Shown piece after piece: positions 49,568 through 60,766 of a stretch of 60,854 nucleotides of DNA. Position 1 is the first letter of the stretch, and each line of letters opens with the position of its first letter. The notes beneath the pieces are model-generated. The model did not search any database. It was not told the DNA's origin and was given only the letters and a program-made list of their open reading frames with translations. The stretch covers positions 1 to 60,854 of the forward strand of contig JAFDHG010000014.1 of NCBI GenBank assembly GCA_019308925.1. The letters run 5' to 3'. This DNA comes from Deltaproteobacteria bacterium. Its GTDB lineage: Bacteria > Desulfobacterota > B13-G15 > RBG-16-54-18. The translations under genes were made by a program, and so were the position numbers.

Positions 49568-52500
49568 TCACTCCATCTCCACCGTCTTCGCTCCAAACAA
49601 CCCCTCCACCGACCTCCTCATCTCCTCGGAAGGGTCCACCATCAGCTCAGGGGAGAGGGCTATGATCACCTCTGACCGGTGGGGGATGATAAGGTGAACC
49701 AAGGCCTCACAACCCCCTTTGTTTTCCTCCAAGATCTCCTTCAGTTCCAGCAAGTGTTCTGTGGAAAGCCCTGGGGTACGCAGTCTAAAATGGATTTTAG
49801 ATACCTTCTCCTTTTTGGCCTCATCTAGGGGCAAAAGGGTGGAGGCCTTCACCTTGAGCCTCTCCTCCCCTTTATCCAAGACCCCTCGAACCAAGACGGG
49901 TAAATCCACCTTTATGTAACGACGGACGTTGCGAAAGAGGTCGGGAAAGACGATCACCTCCACCCTCCCCTTCATGTCCTCCAGGGAGAGGAAGGCCATC
50001 TTCTCCCCCTTCTTGGTACTTATCTCCTTCACCTCTGCCACCAGCCCCCCTACGCTGACCTGGGCCCCGTTTACCCCCTCGGCCAAGGTCTCCGTATCTC
50101 CGGTGGTGAGCTCACGGATGTCCCTTTCATATCTTATGAGGGGATGGCTGGTCAGATAAAAGCCAAGGACCTCTTTCTCAAAGCTCAAGAGTTGACTTTC
50201 AGGCCACTCCTCTAAATCAGGCAGCTGGATTTGGCCATGACGGAGCTCCAACCCGTCGAAGAGGGCCGGCTGTCCCCGCCGCCGCTCTTTTTGTCTCGCC
50301 TGTCCCCTCTCCAGGGCCTCCTCCAAGACCAGCATGAGTTGTGACCTGCGGGCTCCGATGGAATCAAAGGCCCCCGCCTTAATGAGGCTCTCCACCACCC
50401 TGCGGTTTACCTTGCGCAGGTCCACCGATTCACAAAAATCGAATAAGGAGGAGACCTTCCCCTTCTCCTCTCGGAGGCGCAGTATCTCCTCTACAGCCCC
50501 AAGACCCACGTTTTTGACCGCCCCCAGGCCATATCTGATTCTTCCCCCAAAGACCGCAAAGCCCCAATCGCTCTCATTTACGTCAGGGGGGAGGACCTCT
50601 ATCCCCTTCTCCCGACACTCCGCCACATATCTCATCACCTTATCGGTGTTGTCCATATCACAGGTGAACAGTGCCGCCATGAACTCGATGGGGTAATGCG
50701 CCTTTAAATAGGCCGTTTGATAGGCGATCAGGGCGTAGGCAGCACTGTGAGATTTATTAAAGCCGTATTCAGCGAACTTGGCCATCCTCTCGAAGATCCG
50801 CTCAGCCTTCTCCTCCTCTATCCCATTGCGGTTGGCCCCTTGCATAAACTTCTCCTTCAGTCTTTCCATCTCCCCGGGGTCTTTTTTGCTCATGGCCCTG
50901 CGCAGAATATCAGCATCGCCCAGAGAAAAATTGGCCATGGTGCTCGCTATCCGCATTACCTGCTCTTGATAGACGATCACCCCGTAGGTGTCCTCCAGGA
51001 TCTCCCTCAACTTGGGGACCTCATACCTTACCGCCGCCTTTTTATGCCTCCTCTTGATGAACTCATCTACCATACCGCTGCCGAGAGGCCCTGGCCGGTA
51101 AAGGGCCACGAGGGCAATGAGGTCCTTAAAGGTCTCTGGACGTAACTTCACCAGCAGATCCCTCATCCCAGAGCTCTCCAGTTGGAATATACCTGCTGTA
51201 TCACCGGAACCGAGGAGCCTATAGGTCTCTTGGTCGTCCAGGGGAATACTGGCGAGTTCTACCTCCTCCCCACTGGCCCTCTCGATCAGCTCTGCCGCTT
51301 TTTTTAGGACCGTTAAGATCTTGAGACCCAAAAAGTCGAACTTCACCAAGCCGATCCGCTCCACATCCTTCATTGCATACTGAGTGACCACCTCCCCATT
51401 TCCGCCCCTATACAGGGGAATGTATTCCATCAAAGGGCGTTGGGAGATGACTACACCCGCAGCGTGGGTGGAGGCATGACGGACCATTCCCTCTAAGGAG
51501 CGGGCCAGGGAGAGGAGTCTGGTCACCGTCTCATCACGGGCGGCCAACTCCTTCAGCCTGGGCTCCTGCTCCAGGGCCTGGTCCAAGGTGATGTTGAGGG
51601 TGTTGGGGATAAGTTTGGCGATGACGTCCACCTCCTTATAGGGCAGGTCCAGCACCCGCCCTACATCCCTCACCACCGCCTTGGCCTGCATCTTACCGAA
51701 GGTGATGATCTGGGCTACGTTTTCCTTCCCGTACTTCTCCGTCACATATCTGATCACCTCATCTCTGCCTTCGATGCAGAAGTCCACATCGATGTCGGGG
51801 AGGCTGATACGCTCGGGATTGAGAAACCTCTCGAAGATTAGATCGTATTCCAAGGGGTCAATATCCGTTATCCCCAAGGCATAGGCCACCAAGCTCCCCG
51901 CCGCAGATCCACGCCCAGGTCCTACAGGGATCCCCTTCCCCTTGGCATAGTTGACGAAGTCTGCCACGATGAGGAAGTAGCCGGCAAACCCCATGGGCTT
52001 GATGATGGACAGCTCTTCGTGCAGCCTCTGAAGGTACCTCTCCCTTTCTTTCTGTTCCCTGGAGGTATGGGCAAAACGCCTCTCCAACCCCTCCTGGGCC
52101 GTTTTCTCCAGATAGAGGTCTAATGACTCCCCCGCGGGGGGCTTAAAGCGGGGGAGATGATACTCCTCAAACCTCAACTCCAGGTTACAACGTTCGGCTA
52201 TCTCCACCGTATTCTTCAATGCCTCTGGCCAGTGGCCGAACAATCTCTCCATCTCCTGTGCAGTGCGTAAGTAGAACTGATCGGTGGAAAACTTCATCCT
52301 CTTGGGATCCTTGATGGTCTTGCCGGTCTGGATGCAGAGCAGCACATCGTGTGATACGGCATCCTCCCGCCTCAGGTAGTGACAATCATTGGTGGCTACC
52401 AGAGGTATGCCCAGTTCTCGGCCCAATTCCCAGAGTCCTTGGTTGACCGCCTTCTGCTCCTCAAGGCCGGTATCCTGGACCTCTAAGTAAAACCTTCCTC

Positions 52501-53005
52501 CATCAAAGACCTCCTTGTACCATCCTGCGGTCCTCTTGGCCTCTTGTCTCTTTCCTGCGCTCAACAGATAAGGGATCTCCCCCTTCAGGCAACTGCTGAG
52601 GGCGATCAACCCCTTATTAAACCCCTCTAGGAGCTCCTTGTCCACCCGAGGTTTATAATAAAATCCTTCAAGATGGGCGAGGCTTACCAAGCGGATGAGG
52701 TTGGCGTAACCCTCTTGGTTTTTGACCAAAAGTACCAGATGATAAGAAGCATCCTTGATATTACCGGACTCCTTCTTAAAGCGCGACCCCGGGGCCACAT
52801 AGATCTCACACCCGATGATCGGCTTTATCCCATGCTGGATGGCCCCTTGATAGAACTCGATGGCCCCGAACATATTCCCGTGATCAGTCAAGGCCAAGGC
52901 CTTCATCCCATATCTGCGAGCGAGGGGGAAGAGCTCTTCAAAACGGATGGCCCCGTCCAACAGGCTGTATTGGCTATGGAGATGAAGGTGAACAAAATCT
53001 CTCAT
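49568..53005 (-). CDS. dnaE: DNA polymerase III alpha subunit
   Basis: HLHLHSQYSLLDGA (PHP), GPGRGSAAGSL, PDIDVDF, KFDFLGL, YGFNKSHS, OB domain; normal length, no intein. Confidence 0.98.
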   Translation of the reverse strand: MRDFVHLHLHSQYSLLDGAIRFEELFPLARRYGMKALALTDHGNMFGAIEFYQGAIQHGIKPIIGCEIYVAPGSRFKKESGNIKDASYHLVLLVKNQEGYANLIRLVSLAHLEGFYYKPRVDKELLEGFNKGLIALSSCLKGEIPYLLSAGKRQEAKRTAGWYKEVFDGGRFYLEVQDTGLEEQKAVNQGLWELGRELGIPLVATNDCHYLRREDAVSHDVLLCIQTGKTIKDPKRMKFSTDQFYLRTAQEMERLFGHWPEALKNTVEIAERCNLELRFEEYHLPRFKPPAGESLDLYLEKTAQEGLERRFAHTSREQKERERYLQRLHEELSIIKPMGFAGYFLIVADFVNYAKGKGIPVGPGRGSAAGSLVAYALGITDIDPLEYDLIFERFLNPERISLPDIDVDFCIEGRDEVIRYVTEKYGKENVAQIITFGKMQAKAVVRDVGRVLDLPYKEVDVIAKLIPNTLNITLDQALEQEPRLKELAARDETVTRLLSLARSLEGMVRHASTHAAGVVISQRPLMEYIPLYRGGNGEVVTQYAMKDVERIGLVKFDFLGLKILTVLKKAAELIERASGEEVELASIPLDDQETYRLLGSGDTAGIFQLESSGMRDLLVKLRPETFKDLIALVALYRPGPLGSGMVDEFIKRRHKKAAVRYEVPKLREILEDTYGVIVYQEQVMRIASTMANFSLGDADILRRAMSKKDPGEMERLKEKFMQGANRNGIEEEKAERIFERMAKFAEYGFNKSHSAAYALIAYQTAYLKAHYPIEFMAALFTCDMDNTDKVMRYVAECREKGIEVLPPDVNESDWGFAVFGGRIRYGLGAVKNVGLGAVEEILRLREEKGKVSSLFDFCESVDLRKVNRRVVESLIKAGAFDSIGARRSQLMLVLEEALERGQARQKERRRGQPALFDGLELRHGQIQLPDLEEWPESQLLSFEKEVLGFYLTSHPLIRYERDIRELTTGDTETLAEGVNGAQVSVGGLVAEVKEISTKKGEKMAFLSLEDMKGRVEVIVFPDLFRNVRRYIKVDLPVLVRGVLDKGEERLKVKASTLLPLDEAKKEKVSKIHFRLRTPGLSTEHLLELKEILEENKGGCEALVHLIIPHRSEVIIALSPELMVDPSEEMRRSVEGLFGAKTVEME

Positions 53006-53107
53006 TCTATATACCTACCACCAAAGGGTTTAAGAAGCTCTACTGACCTATGGATATGGCCAGCAAAGGACATGGCGGTGTGGTTTGGGGGTCAACTTCC
53101 AAGGTCT

Positions 53108-53356
53108 TTATTCCCATTCAATGGTGCTGGGGGGTTTGGAGCTGATGTCATAGACCACTCGGTTGACCCCTTCGCCATAGATGCTGGCAGGACCCCCGGA
53201 GAGGACGATCCCTTTTGGCGAATCTTCCCTTATCGTCTCTGAAGAAAGGGGGTAGGGGTGAATCCCACAATAGACCTTACATTCCCTGATCCGTCGAGCG
53301 ATGAGTTGGGTGTATTGAGCACCGAAATCAAGGATTAGTACCTTCTCACCGGACAT
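53108..53356 (-). pseudogene. guaA: GMP synthase remnant: N-terminus joined in frame to the C-terminal 20 aa
   Basis: [18 protein letters not shown]...[13 protein letters not shown] joined directly to [20 protein letters not shown]; 82 aa versus about 510-520 aa for GuaA. Confidence 0.92.
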
Positions 53357-54386
53357 CCTTCCCCTTCAAATCATCCTCAGCCAATATCCCAGCCGCCACC
53401 AGTTCCCCTGGATCCCCAGGATATCTACCTCGTTCAAGGAAAAAGATCTTTCTGGCCCACTCCACCCTCTCCTGTCTAACCTTCTCGACATATCCTTTGG
53501 GGAGGTATTCCACTGCCTGCAGATCCCTCCATAAAAAGCCGAGGTTGAACTGGGAAAAGGATATAATAAGGAGGACAAGGGCAATAATCACCCCCAGCCC
53601 ATAGGCCAAATAGGCCGGCCTCTGCTTCAGCGCCTCTAGGCCCGGCCTCAACTTGGCAGGGACATGAGGCATCTTTATATCCACCGTCTTTATATATCCA
53701 CCCTCTAATAGATCCGCTAAGGCCTCCAAGGTGGCGAACTTCCCCAAAAGACTTAGTTCCACGATATCTTGAACACTCCTATTGCCATCTACTAATCGGT
53801 AGACCACGTCGTGATCTTCGGGCAGGCCTATCTCCTGCTCCTCCAGGATCCCTGTCTGTTGGAGAACCATATAGGGAGAAGGGACCCGCCTCTCTATCTC
53901 TGGCCACTCATCCACCATCTTGAGGATGTTCAGCATCACCTCCTCAGCACCCAACTTCACAGAGACCTTGGGGAATTGCGGTACAGAGAGGATCTCAAAC
54001 TTAAATTTCCCCTCCCCCCAGCGAAACACCTCGTAGATGATATCGTGGATCTGGGTATAGAGGGCATTGAGGATGGCCTGCTCGTCGGCCATCCCCTCCT
54101 CCAGAAGGATCTCCCCCAGGTAGCGGGCTGACTCCTTCTGTTTTCGGAGGGCGGCCTCAAAATCCTCCCGGGAGATGATCCCCGTCTTGACCAATCTCTC
54201 CCCCATAAAGTCCCCTTCTTCCCTCTGGCTGGAGGTAGCGTGGGTTATCACCCCTGCGGAAAAGAATATCCCGGCCTCCTCCGCCTTCTTCCCCCATACC
54301 CTCAGGACCCCGGTCTTGCCCTGTTGGCCCAAAAGCTGGATCACCTCCAGGATGTTAAAATCCCTCAGATTCCCCTCTAGAGCCAT
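53346..54386 (-). CDS. DUF4388-domain protein with C-terminal TM segment
   Basis: [10 protein letters not shown]...EVIQLL...[24 protein letters not shown]; family recalled, not searched. Confidence 0.78.
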   Translation of the reverse strand: MALEGNLRDFNILEVIQLLGQQGKTGVLRVWGKKAEEAGIFFSAGVITHATSSQREEGDFMGERLVKTGIISREDFEAALRKQKESARYLGEILLEEGMADEQAILNALYTQIHDIIYEVFRWGEGKFKFEILSVPQFPKVSVKLGAEEVMLNILKMVDEWPEIERRVPSPYMVLQQTGILEEQEIGLPEDHDVVYRLVDGNRSVQDIVELSLLGKFATLEALADLLEGGYIKTVDIKMPHVPAKLRPGLEALKQRPAYLAYGLGVIIALVLLIISFSQFNLGFLWRDLQAVEYLPKGYVEKVRQERVEWARKIFFLERGRYPGDPGELVAAGILAEDDLKGKDVR

Positions 54387-54393
54387 TTCTCTA

Positions 54394-56363
54394 TCACCTC
54401 CTTATTCCCTCCAGTGGGAAGGGGGGTTCAAATACCTCCAGCCCTGCCTTCTTATATGCCCCTTTGAGCACCAAGAGATAAAATATGGCAAAGACCACGG
54501 TGATCAAAAGTCCTCCCCCGTAAATGCCATAGATAGCGGAGGGGATGGGAGGTGGTACTATCCCCTTCCAATAGTAGAACTTTCCCAAAAAGACAAAGAA
54601 TATCCAAAAGAAGAAGAGACCACGCAAATTATAACCCTTCCAGATATGGCCACCTCCAGGGAGAATAATGGGGACCAAGCGCTCATAAAGCCCACTTCGC
54701 CTCTGGAACACCTTTATTTCCTTCAACTTGGTCTCCTTCAACCCCTTATCCATCTCTTTCCCCTTCAAGAGCCGAAAACACCTGATACATATCGTCTTTC
54801 TCCCTTCCTTCCTGGCATAGGTCTGGGTGCTGGTCAACCCGCAAAGGGAGCACCTCCACCAGCCCATCCTCCCCTTGCTCACATATGACAAAATGATAAA
54901 AAGAACGAAGAAAACCAGGGGGGAGATAAAGGGGAAACGGGGAGAAAGATTGCGGAGCCAGACATCCAATATGAGAAAAGAAGGGCCGGTCCTTCGCCAA
55001 AGCTCGGCAAAGAACCTCCTTCTCAGACGTTCCAGAGGGATGATCTCATCTATCACACTCCGATTGGGGTGAGGGGAATCGATCTCCAAATGGGCCCCGA
55101 TTATCTTTGGGCTTAGCTCCTTGGCCCTTTGAAAGTTTTTATCGGCATCCTGCAAGAGGAGCATCGACTTTTGTGAGAGGGCCTTGCTCAAATTGAAGTA
55201 ATAGACACCGTTGTAGGGATTTACCTCGATGGCCTGTTCATATAACTTAATCGCCTTTTCTGGCTCGCCAAGGGCCAAATAGAGGTTTCCAAGGTTGGAG
55301 ATGGCATCAGGGTCTGTGGGGTTTAGGCCCATGACCTTCTGGTAATATCTGCTCGCCGCTGTATAGTCCCCCTCTCTCTTGAAGGCCAAGGCCACGGTAA
55401 ACAGGGCATCTCGATCTCTCGGATGTCCCTGGCTCCAGAGCTGAAGCCTCTCCAAGGCCTTCGGCTCCCTCTCCCCATAGGTGGTTTCGTAGATGTCAAA
55501 GACCGTCTGGATCTCAGGACCTTCTACAGAAGTAAAGAGGGCCTTCCCGACAGGGGATATATAGGTAACGAGAAAGAGGGAAAGGACTAAGACCCCCCTC
55601 TCCCCCCGGGTGAGATACCCCCAGAGGATAAGACACCAGAAGAGGCCACACCAAATGATATTGAGCCTCAAGAGGAAGGGGAGAAAGAGGAGAAAGATCC
55701 TTCCCACCCCTCTTATCATCTCATATCTTTCCCCTGTTAACTCCTCTTTTAACGCGTGGATATATACCGGTAGCCGTTTAAACAAAACCAGCACACAAAA
55801 GGCCAGGACGGCCAAAAGGGCACCGAGGCCCAAAAGATAGAGGAGGTTCAGGCCTTGACCAGTGGCCAGGGGTAAATTGCGGGTATAGGCTCTTATACCC
55901 TCAAAATATTTCTCCAGGGTTGGATATACCCTCCACCTCTCCTTTTCCCAGATGATCTGACCCGTATAGAAATACACATAGGGTAGATCTGGGGCCATCC
56001 TCTGCGAGAATTCCCCCAACTTCATCGCCTTATTCTTGTCCTCCAGCTTAATACCCTCTCTTATCAACAAAAGGGCATATCCCCACAAGTTTACGATCCC
56101 CTTATCGAACTTTAGGTTAACAATCTCCTCCAGTTGCTGCTCACCGGCCATGGCCCCTTCCGTGGAGATCGCCTCTTGCCTCTGGACCCACAACCCCTGG
56201 AAGCCTATCTCTTCCTGGGCAGGGGAAACCAATTCAACCTCTTCTTCCCCTGGCTGTTCTGCTCCAAAGACCCTCACTACTCCGAGAAAAATAAAGAGAA
56301 GGAGGAAGGAGAATATACACCAACTCTTAAATCTTTTGCCCAAGATATCCTTCCCATCCACCA

Positions 56364-56364
<1 letters not shown>
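54394..56364 (-). CDS. Membrane-anchored tetratricopeptide repeat protein
   Basis: Signal/TM segments, TPR-like helices (AISNLGNLYLALG..EKAIKLYEQA, YFNLSKA), CxxC...CxxC motif, C-terminal TMs. Confidence 0.78.
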
Positions 56365-58169
<1,805 letters not shown>

Positions 58170-58173
58170 CGGC

Positions 58174-58347
58174 ATGAGAACAAAAGGAATAAGGGCAGAT
58201 TGGAACAAATTCGAAGAGTGGGAAAGAAAATATACTATAAAAAATCTCAAGAAACTTACTCCAACAGAAAAGATTAAGATCTTAGAGGATCTTTATAAAA
58301 CAGCCCTGAAAGTGCGTGAAAGTTTAAGGAAAATGGATCCCAAATGA
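58174..58347 (+). CDS. 57-aa basic helical protein, antitoxin-like partner of the downstream nucleotidyltransferase
   Basis: Not in the ORF track. MRTKGIRADWNKFEEWERKYTIKNLKKLTPTEKIKILEDLYKTALKVRESLRKMDPK; stop overlaps the next ATG (ATGA). Confidence 0.55.
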   Translation: MRTKGIRADWNKFEEWERKYTIKNLKKLTPTEKIKILEDLYKTALKVRESLRKMDPK

Positions 58348-58735
58348 TTATTAAAACCCTGAAAGACATTGCTACAAGCCTTAACAGGGAAGGAATCCCA
58401 TTTATGGTAATAGGCGGCCAGGCAGTGGCCATTTATGGCAGACCAAGGTTTACACAGGGTATTGATATCACAGTTGCCTTGACCCCGGATGAGGCAGAAA
58501 AAATTCTCAGGGCTGTAGATGAATCATTTAATATCTTACCAGAAGATGTTCAAAGGTTTGTCAGAGAAACCTGGGTCTTGCCATTAGAACATAGGGAAAC
58601 AAAGGTATGGAGGTCCAAGGGGAAAAAATAGATATTGGAGAGATGGAAAGGCTAATAAAGACCTTTGGCACAGGTAAAGAAGGAAAAGAATGGCGGAAAA
58701 GATGGAAGAAGCTGAAAAAGGAGCTCAAAAAATAA
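58344..58735 (+). pseudogene. Nucleotidyltransferase (DUF6036/AbiEii-like) with internal deletion and frameshift
   Basis: FMVIGGQAVAIYGRPRFTQGIDI (GG...R.T.D.D-like; G at the first Asp position); frame breaks near 58605 and a plausible C-terminus EVQGEKIDIGEMERLIKTF... continues in another frame to TAA at 58733-58735. Confidence 0.62.
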
Positions 58736-58777
58736 CTGAAAAACATCCGCATACTGAGCAAAAGGTTGGGGGGGAAG

Positions 58778-58972
58778 ATGGATAAATCATCATCTCAAAA
58801 GTGGAAACATCCTGGGGGCAACCTCAGAGAACTTGGGCCAGAAAACCTTTCGGATGCCGATCTTCTTGCCATCCTGATCTCTTCGGGTATCAAGGGCAAA
58901 CCTGCGGAAAAGATTGCTGAAGAAATTCTCGCAAAATTCGGTTCATTTAAGGGAATGACAAACCGGCCTTAA
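58778..58972 (+). pseudogene. RadC N-terminal-like (HhH) small protein, copy 1, prematurely terminated
   Basis: HPGGNLRELGPENLSDADLLAILISSG....AE.IL..FGS; stops at NRP*; a KGLGD-like remnant follows out of frame. Confidence 0.7.
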
Positions 58973-59001
58973 AAAACTTTAGATAAGGGCTAGGTGATGA
59001 G

Positions 59002-59188
59002 ATGCCCTATCCGAATGATTTTGAAATCGGATGCAAAGTCAGAGTTGGAGAAAAGATAGGTGAAGTCATAAAAGTCGATGTTCGGGGGAACGGCTACTAT
59101 TATCAAAGTTGCCTTAGAAGAAGGACCGGCAAGGGGCATTGTCTTTCCACCTTCTAAAATAGAAAAATCCTTTCGCCAAATAACTTGA
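59002..59188 (+). pseudogene. Frameshifted N-terminal fragment of an unidentified large protein (possibly helicase-like)
   Basis: MPYPNDFEIGCKVRVGEKIGEVIKVDVRG then, after a frameshift, TATIIKVALEEGPARGIVFPPSKIEK; ends just before the inverted repeat. Confidence 0.3.
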
Positions 59189-59204
59189 CTTCTTTCATGT
59201 CAAT

Positions 59205-59238
59205 AGTATACTTAAGAGTATAATACTTCAAAGTATAC
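59205..59238. repeat. Left 34-bp inverted repeat
   Basis: AGTATACTTAAGAGTATAATACTTCAAAGTATAC; reverse complement matches 60640-60673 at 31/34. Confidence 0.9.
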
Positions 59239-59253
59239 AAATTTGAGGTTACT

Positions 59254-60636
59254 ATGTTTGTTAATAGGACTGGAGAGCTTAACTATCTGGAAAACTTATA
59301 TAAGAACAGAGGTGCCCGTCTTCTAATTATCTACGGGCGACGGAGGATTGGAAAAACTGAACTTCTTAAACAGTTTTCTAAGGACAAAAAGCACCTCTTT
59401 TTCTCCTCTGATCTTTCTTCCCAACAGGAGCAGTTAAGACAATTTACTGAAAGGATATATCAAATAACTGGGGAATCATTTCTAGAAACCCAACCTTTTA
59501 CTTCATGGGAGGCTTTATTCAGATATATTTTTGATCGTCTAACAGATAGGATTCCTCTTATTATAATTGATGAATTCCCTTACCTTTGTGTCAGCAATGA
59601 TGCTCTTCCCTCAGTATTGCAAAAAATATGGGATGAAAACGTCAAAAAAAGTAACATTTTCCTTGTGTTGTGTGGTTCTTATATGAGTTTTATGGAAAAA
59701 GAGGTTCTGGGACACAAAAGTCCTTTATTTGGGAGGCGAATTGGACAGATTGTTTTGCAATCCCTGCATCTTGAAGATCTTCGTGGTTTTTTCCCTAATT
59801 ATTCAAAGGAGGAAAGGGTTTACACTTATGCCATACTTGGTGGCACCCCCGCTTATCTCCAACGATTTGATGAAAAAAAGACCATAGAACAAAATGTAAA
59901 GGAGGAGATCCTGAGTAAGAATGCCTTTCTTTATAGTGAACCTCGCTTCTTGCTTGTAGAGGAGTTGCGAGAACCTTCCATATACTTTTCAATACTAAAA
60001 GCAATCGCCTTCGGAAAAACAAGATTAAATGAAATAGTTCAGGAAACAGGGATTGATGACAGGCACAAGGTTAATAAATACATCACAGTGCTTCGTGAAT
60101 TGCATATTGTAAGAAGGGAAGTACCCGTGACTGAAGAGAAACCACATAAATCCAGAAAAGGCATTTACATACTTGATGATCCCTTTTTTAGATTCTGGTT
60201 TAGATATCTTTTCCCAAATATGAGCTATCTTGAAGAAGGTGATATTGATTATGTGTGGGAAGAAAAAATAAAGTTCGGTTTTGATAGTTTTGTTGGGTTT
60301 ATATTTGAAGACATATGTATTCAGAAACTTAAGCGGTTAAACAGAGATAATAAACTTCCATTCAAGGCAAAAAATATTGGACGATGGTGGAATGGGAAAG
60401 ATGAAGTCGACATTGTTGCTTTAGATGGTGAGGGTTCTTTTATGTTTTGTGAATGCAAGTGGACGGCGAAAAAGATAGGTGTGAGTGTATTAGACGAACT
60501 AAAAAGAAAAGCAGATAAGTTTTCTGGAGTAACACGAAGATATCTTGGTTTCTTTTCCAAGTCGGGATTTAGCAATGAACTGGAGGACCTATCACGGAAA
60601 AGGGATGATATATTCCTCTTCCCCTTTGATGATTAA
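59254..60636 (+). CDS. Archaeal-type ATPase (STAND-like) with winged-HTH and C-terminal DUF234 PD-(D/E)XK nuclease-like domain
   Basis: Walker A YGRRRIGKT, Walker B IIIDEFPYL, VLCGS, GGTPAYL, HTH-like KTRLNEIVQETG...KYITVLREL, DPFFRFWFRY, GRWW...EVDIV...FCECKW. Confidence 0.9.
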   Translation: MFVNRTGELNYLENLYKNRGARLLIIYGRRRIGKTELLKQFSKDKKHLFFSSDLSSQQEQLRQFTERIYQITGESFLETQPFTSWEALFRYIFDRLTDRIPLIIIDEFPYLCVSNDALPSVLQKIWDENVKKSNIFLVLCGSYMSFMEKEVLGHKSPLFGRRIGQIVLQSLHLEDLRGFFPNYSKEERVYTYAILGGTPAYLQRFDEKKTIEQNVKEEILSKNAFLYSEPRFLLVEELREPSIYFSILKAIAFGKTRLNEIVQETGIDDRHKVNKYITVLRELHIVRREVPVTEEKPHKSRKGIYILDDPFFRFWFRYLFPNMSYLEEGDIDYVWEEKIKFGFDSFVGFIFEDICIQKLKRLNRDNKLPFKAKNIGRWWNGKDEVDIVALDGEGSFMFCECKWTAKKIGVSVLDELKRKADKFSGVTRRYLGFFSKSGFSNELEDLSRKRDDIFLFPFDD

Positions 60637-60639
60637 AGC

Positions 60640-60673
60640 GTATACTTTGAAATATTATACTTTAAAGTATACT
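60640..60673. repeat. Right 34-bp inverted repeat
   Basis: GTATACTTTGAAATATTATACTTTAAAGTATACT starting 3 bp after the stop; contains the perfect palindrome TATACTTTAAAGTATA. Confidence 0.9.
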
Positions 60674-60766
60674 GTATATGTCTTTTAGAATTTGGACTGC
60701 GACAAGACGATAAGAAGATACAAATGGGTAGGAGAACAGGGGAAAATTAAACTATGAGGTTAAAAA

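Larger units (their letters stand above)
59205..60673 (+). mobile_element. Candidate inverted-repeat-bounded single-gene element (ATPase-wHTH-nuclease cassette)
   Basis: Intact gene tightly bracketed by 34-bp inverted repeats amid broken gene fragments; no target-site duplication seen, no classical transposase. Confidence 0.45.

Noticed and set aside
49568-53005. Intein or group II intron in dnaE
   Set aside because: The length (1145 aa) and continuous motifs are normal.
59195-60683. Target-site duplication around the IR-bounded ATPase
   Set aside because: The flanks (TGTCAAT left, GTATATG right) do not match, so no TSD is claimed.
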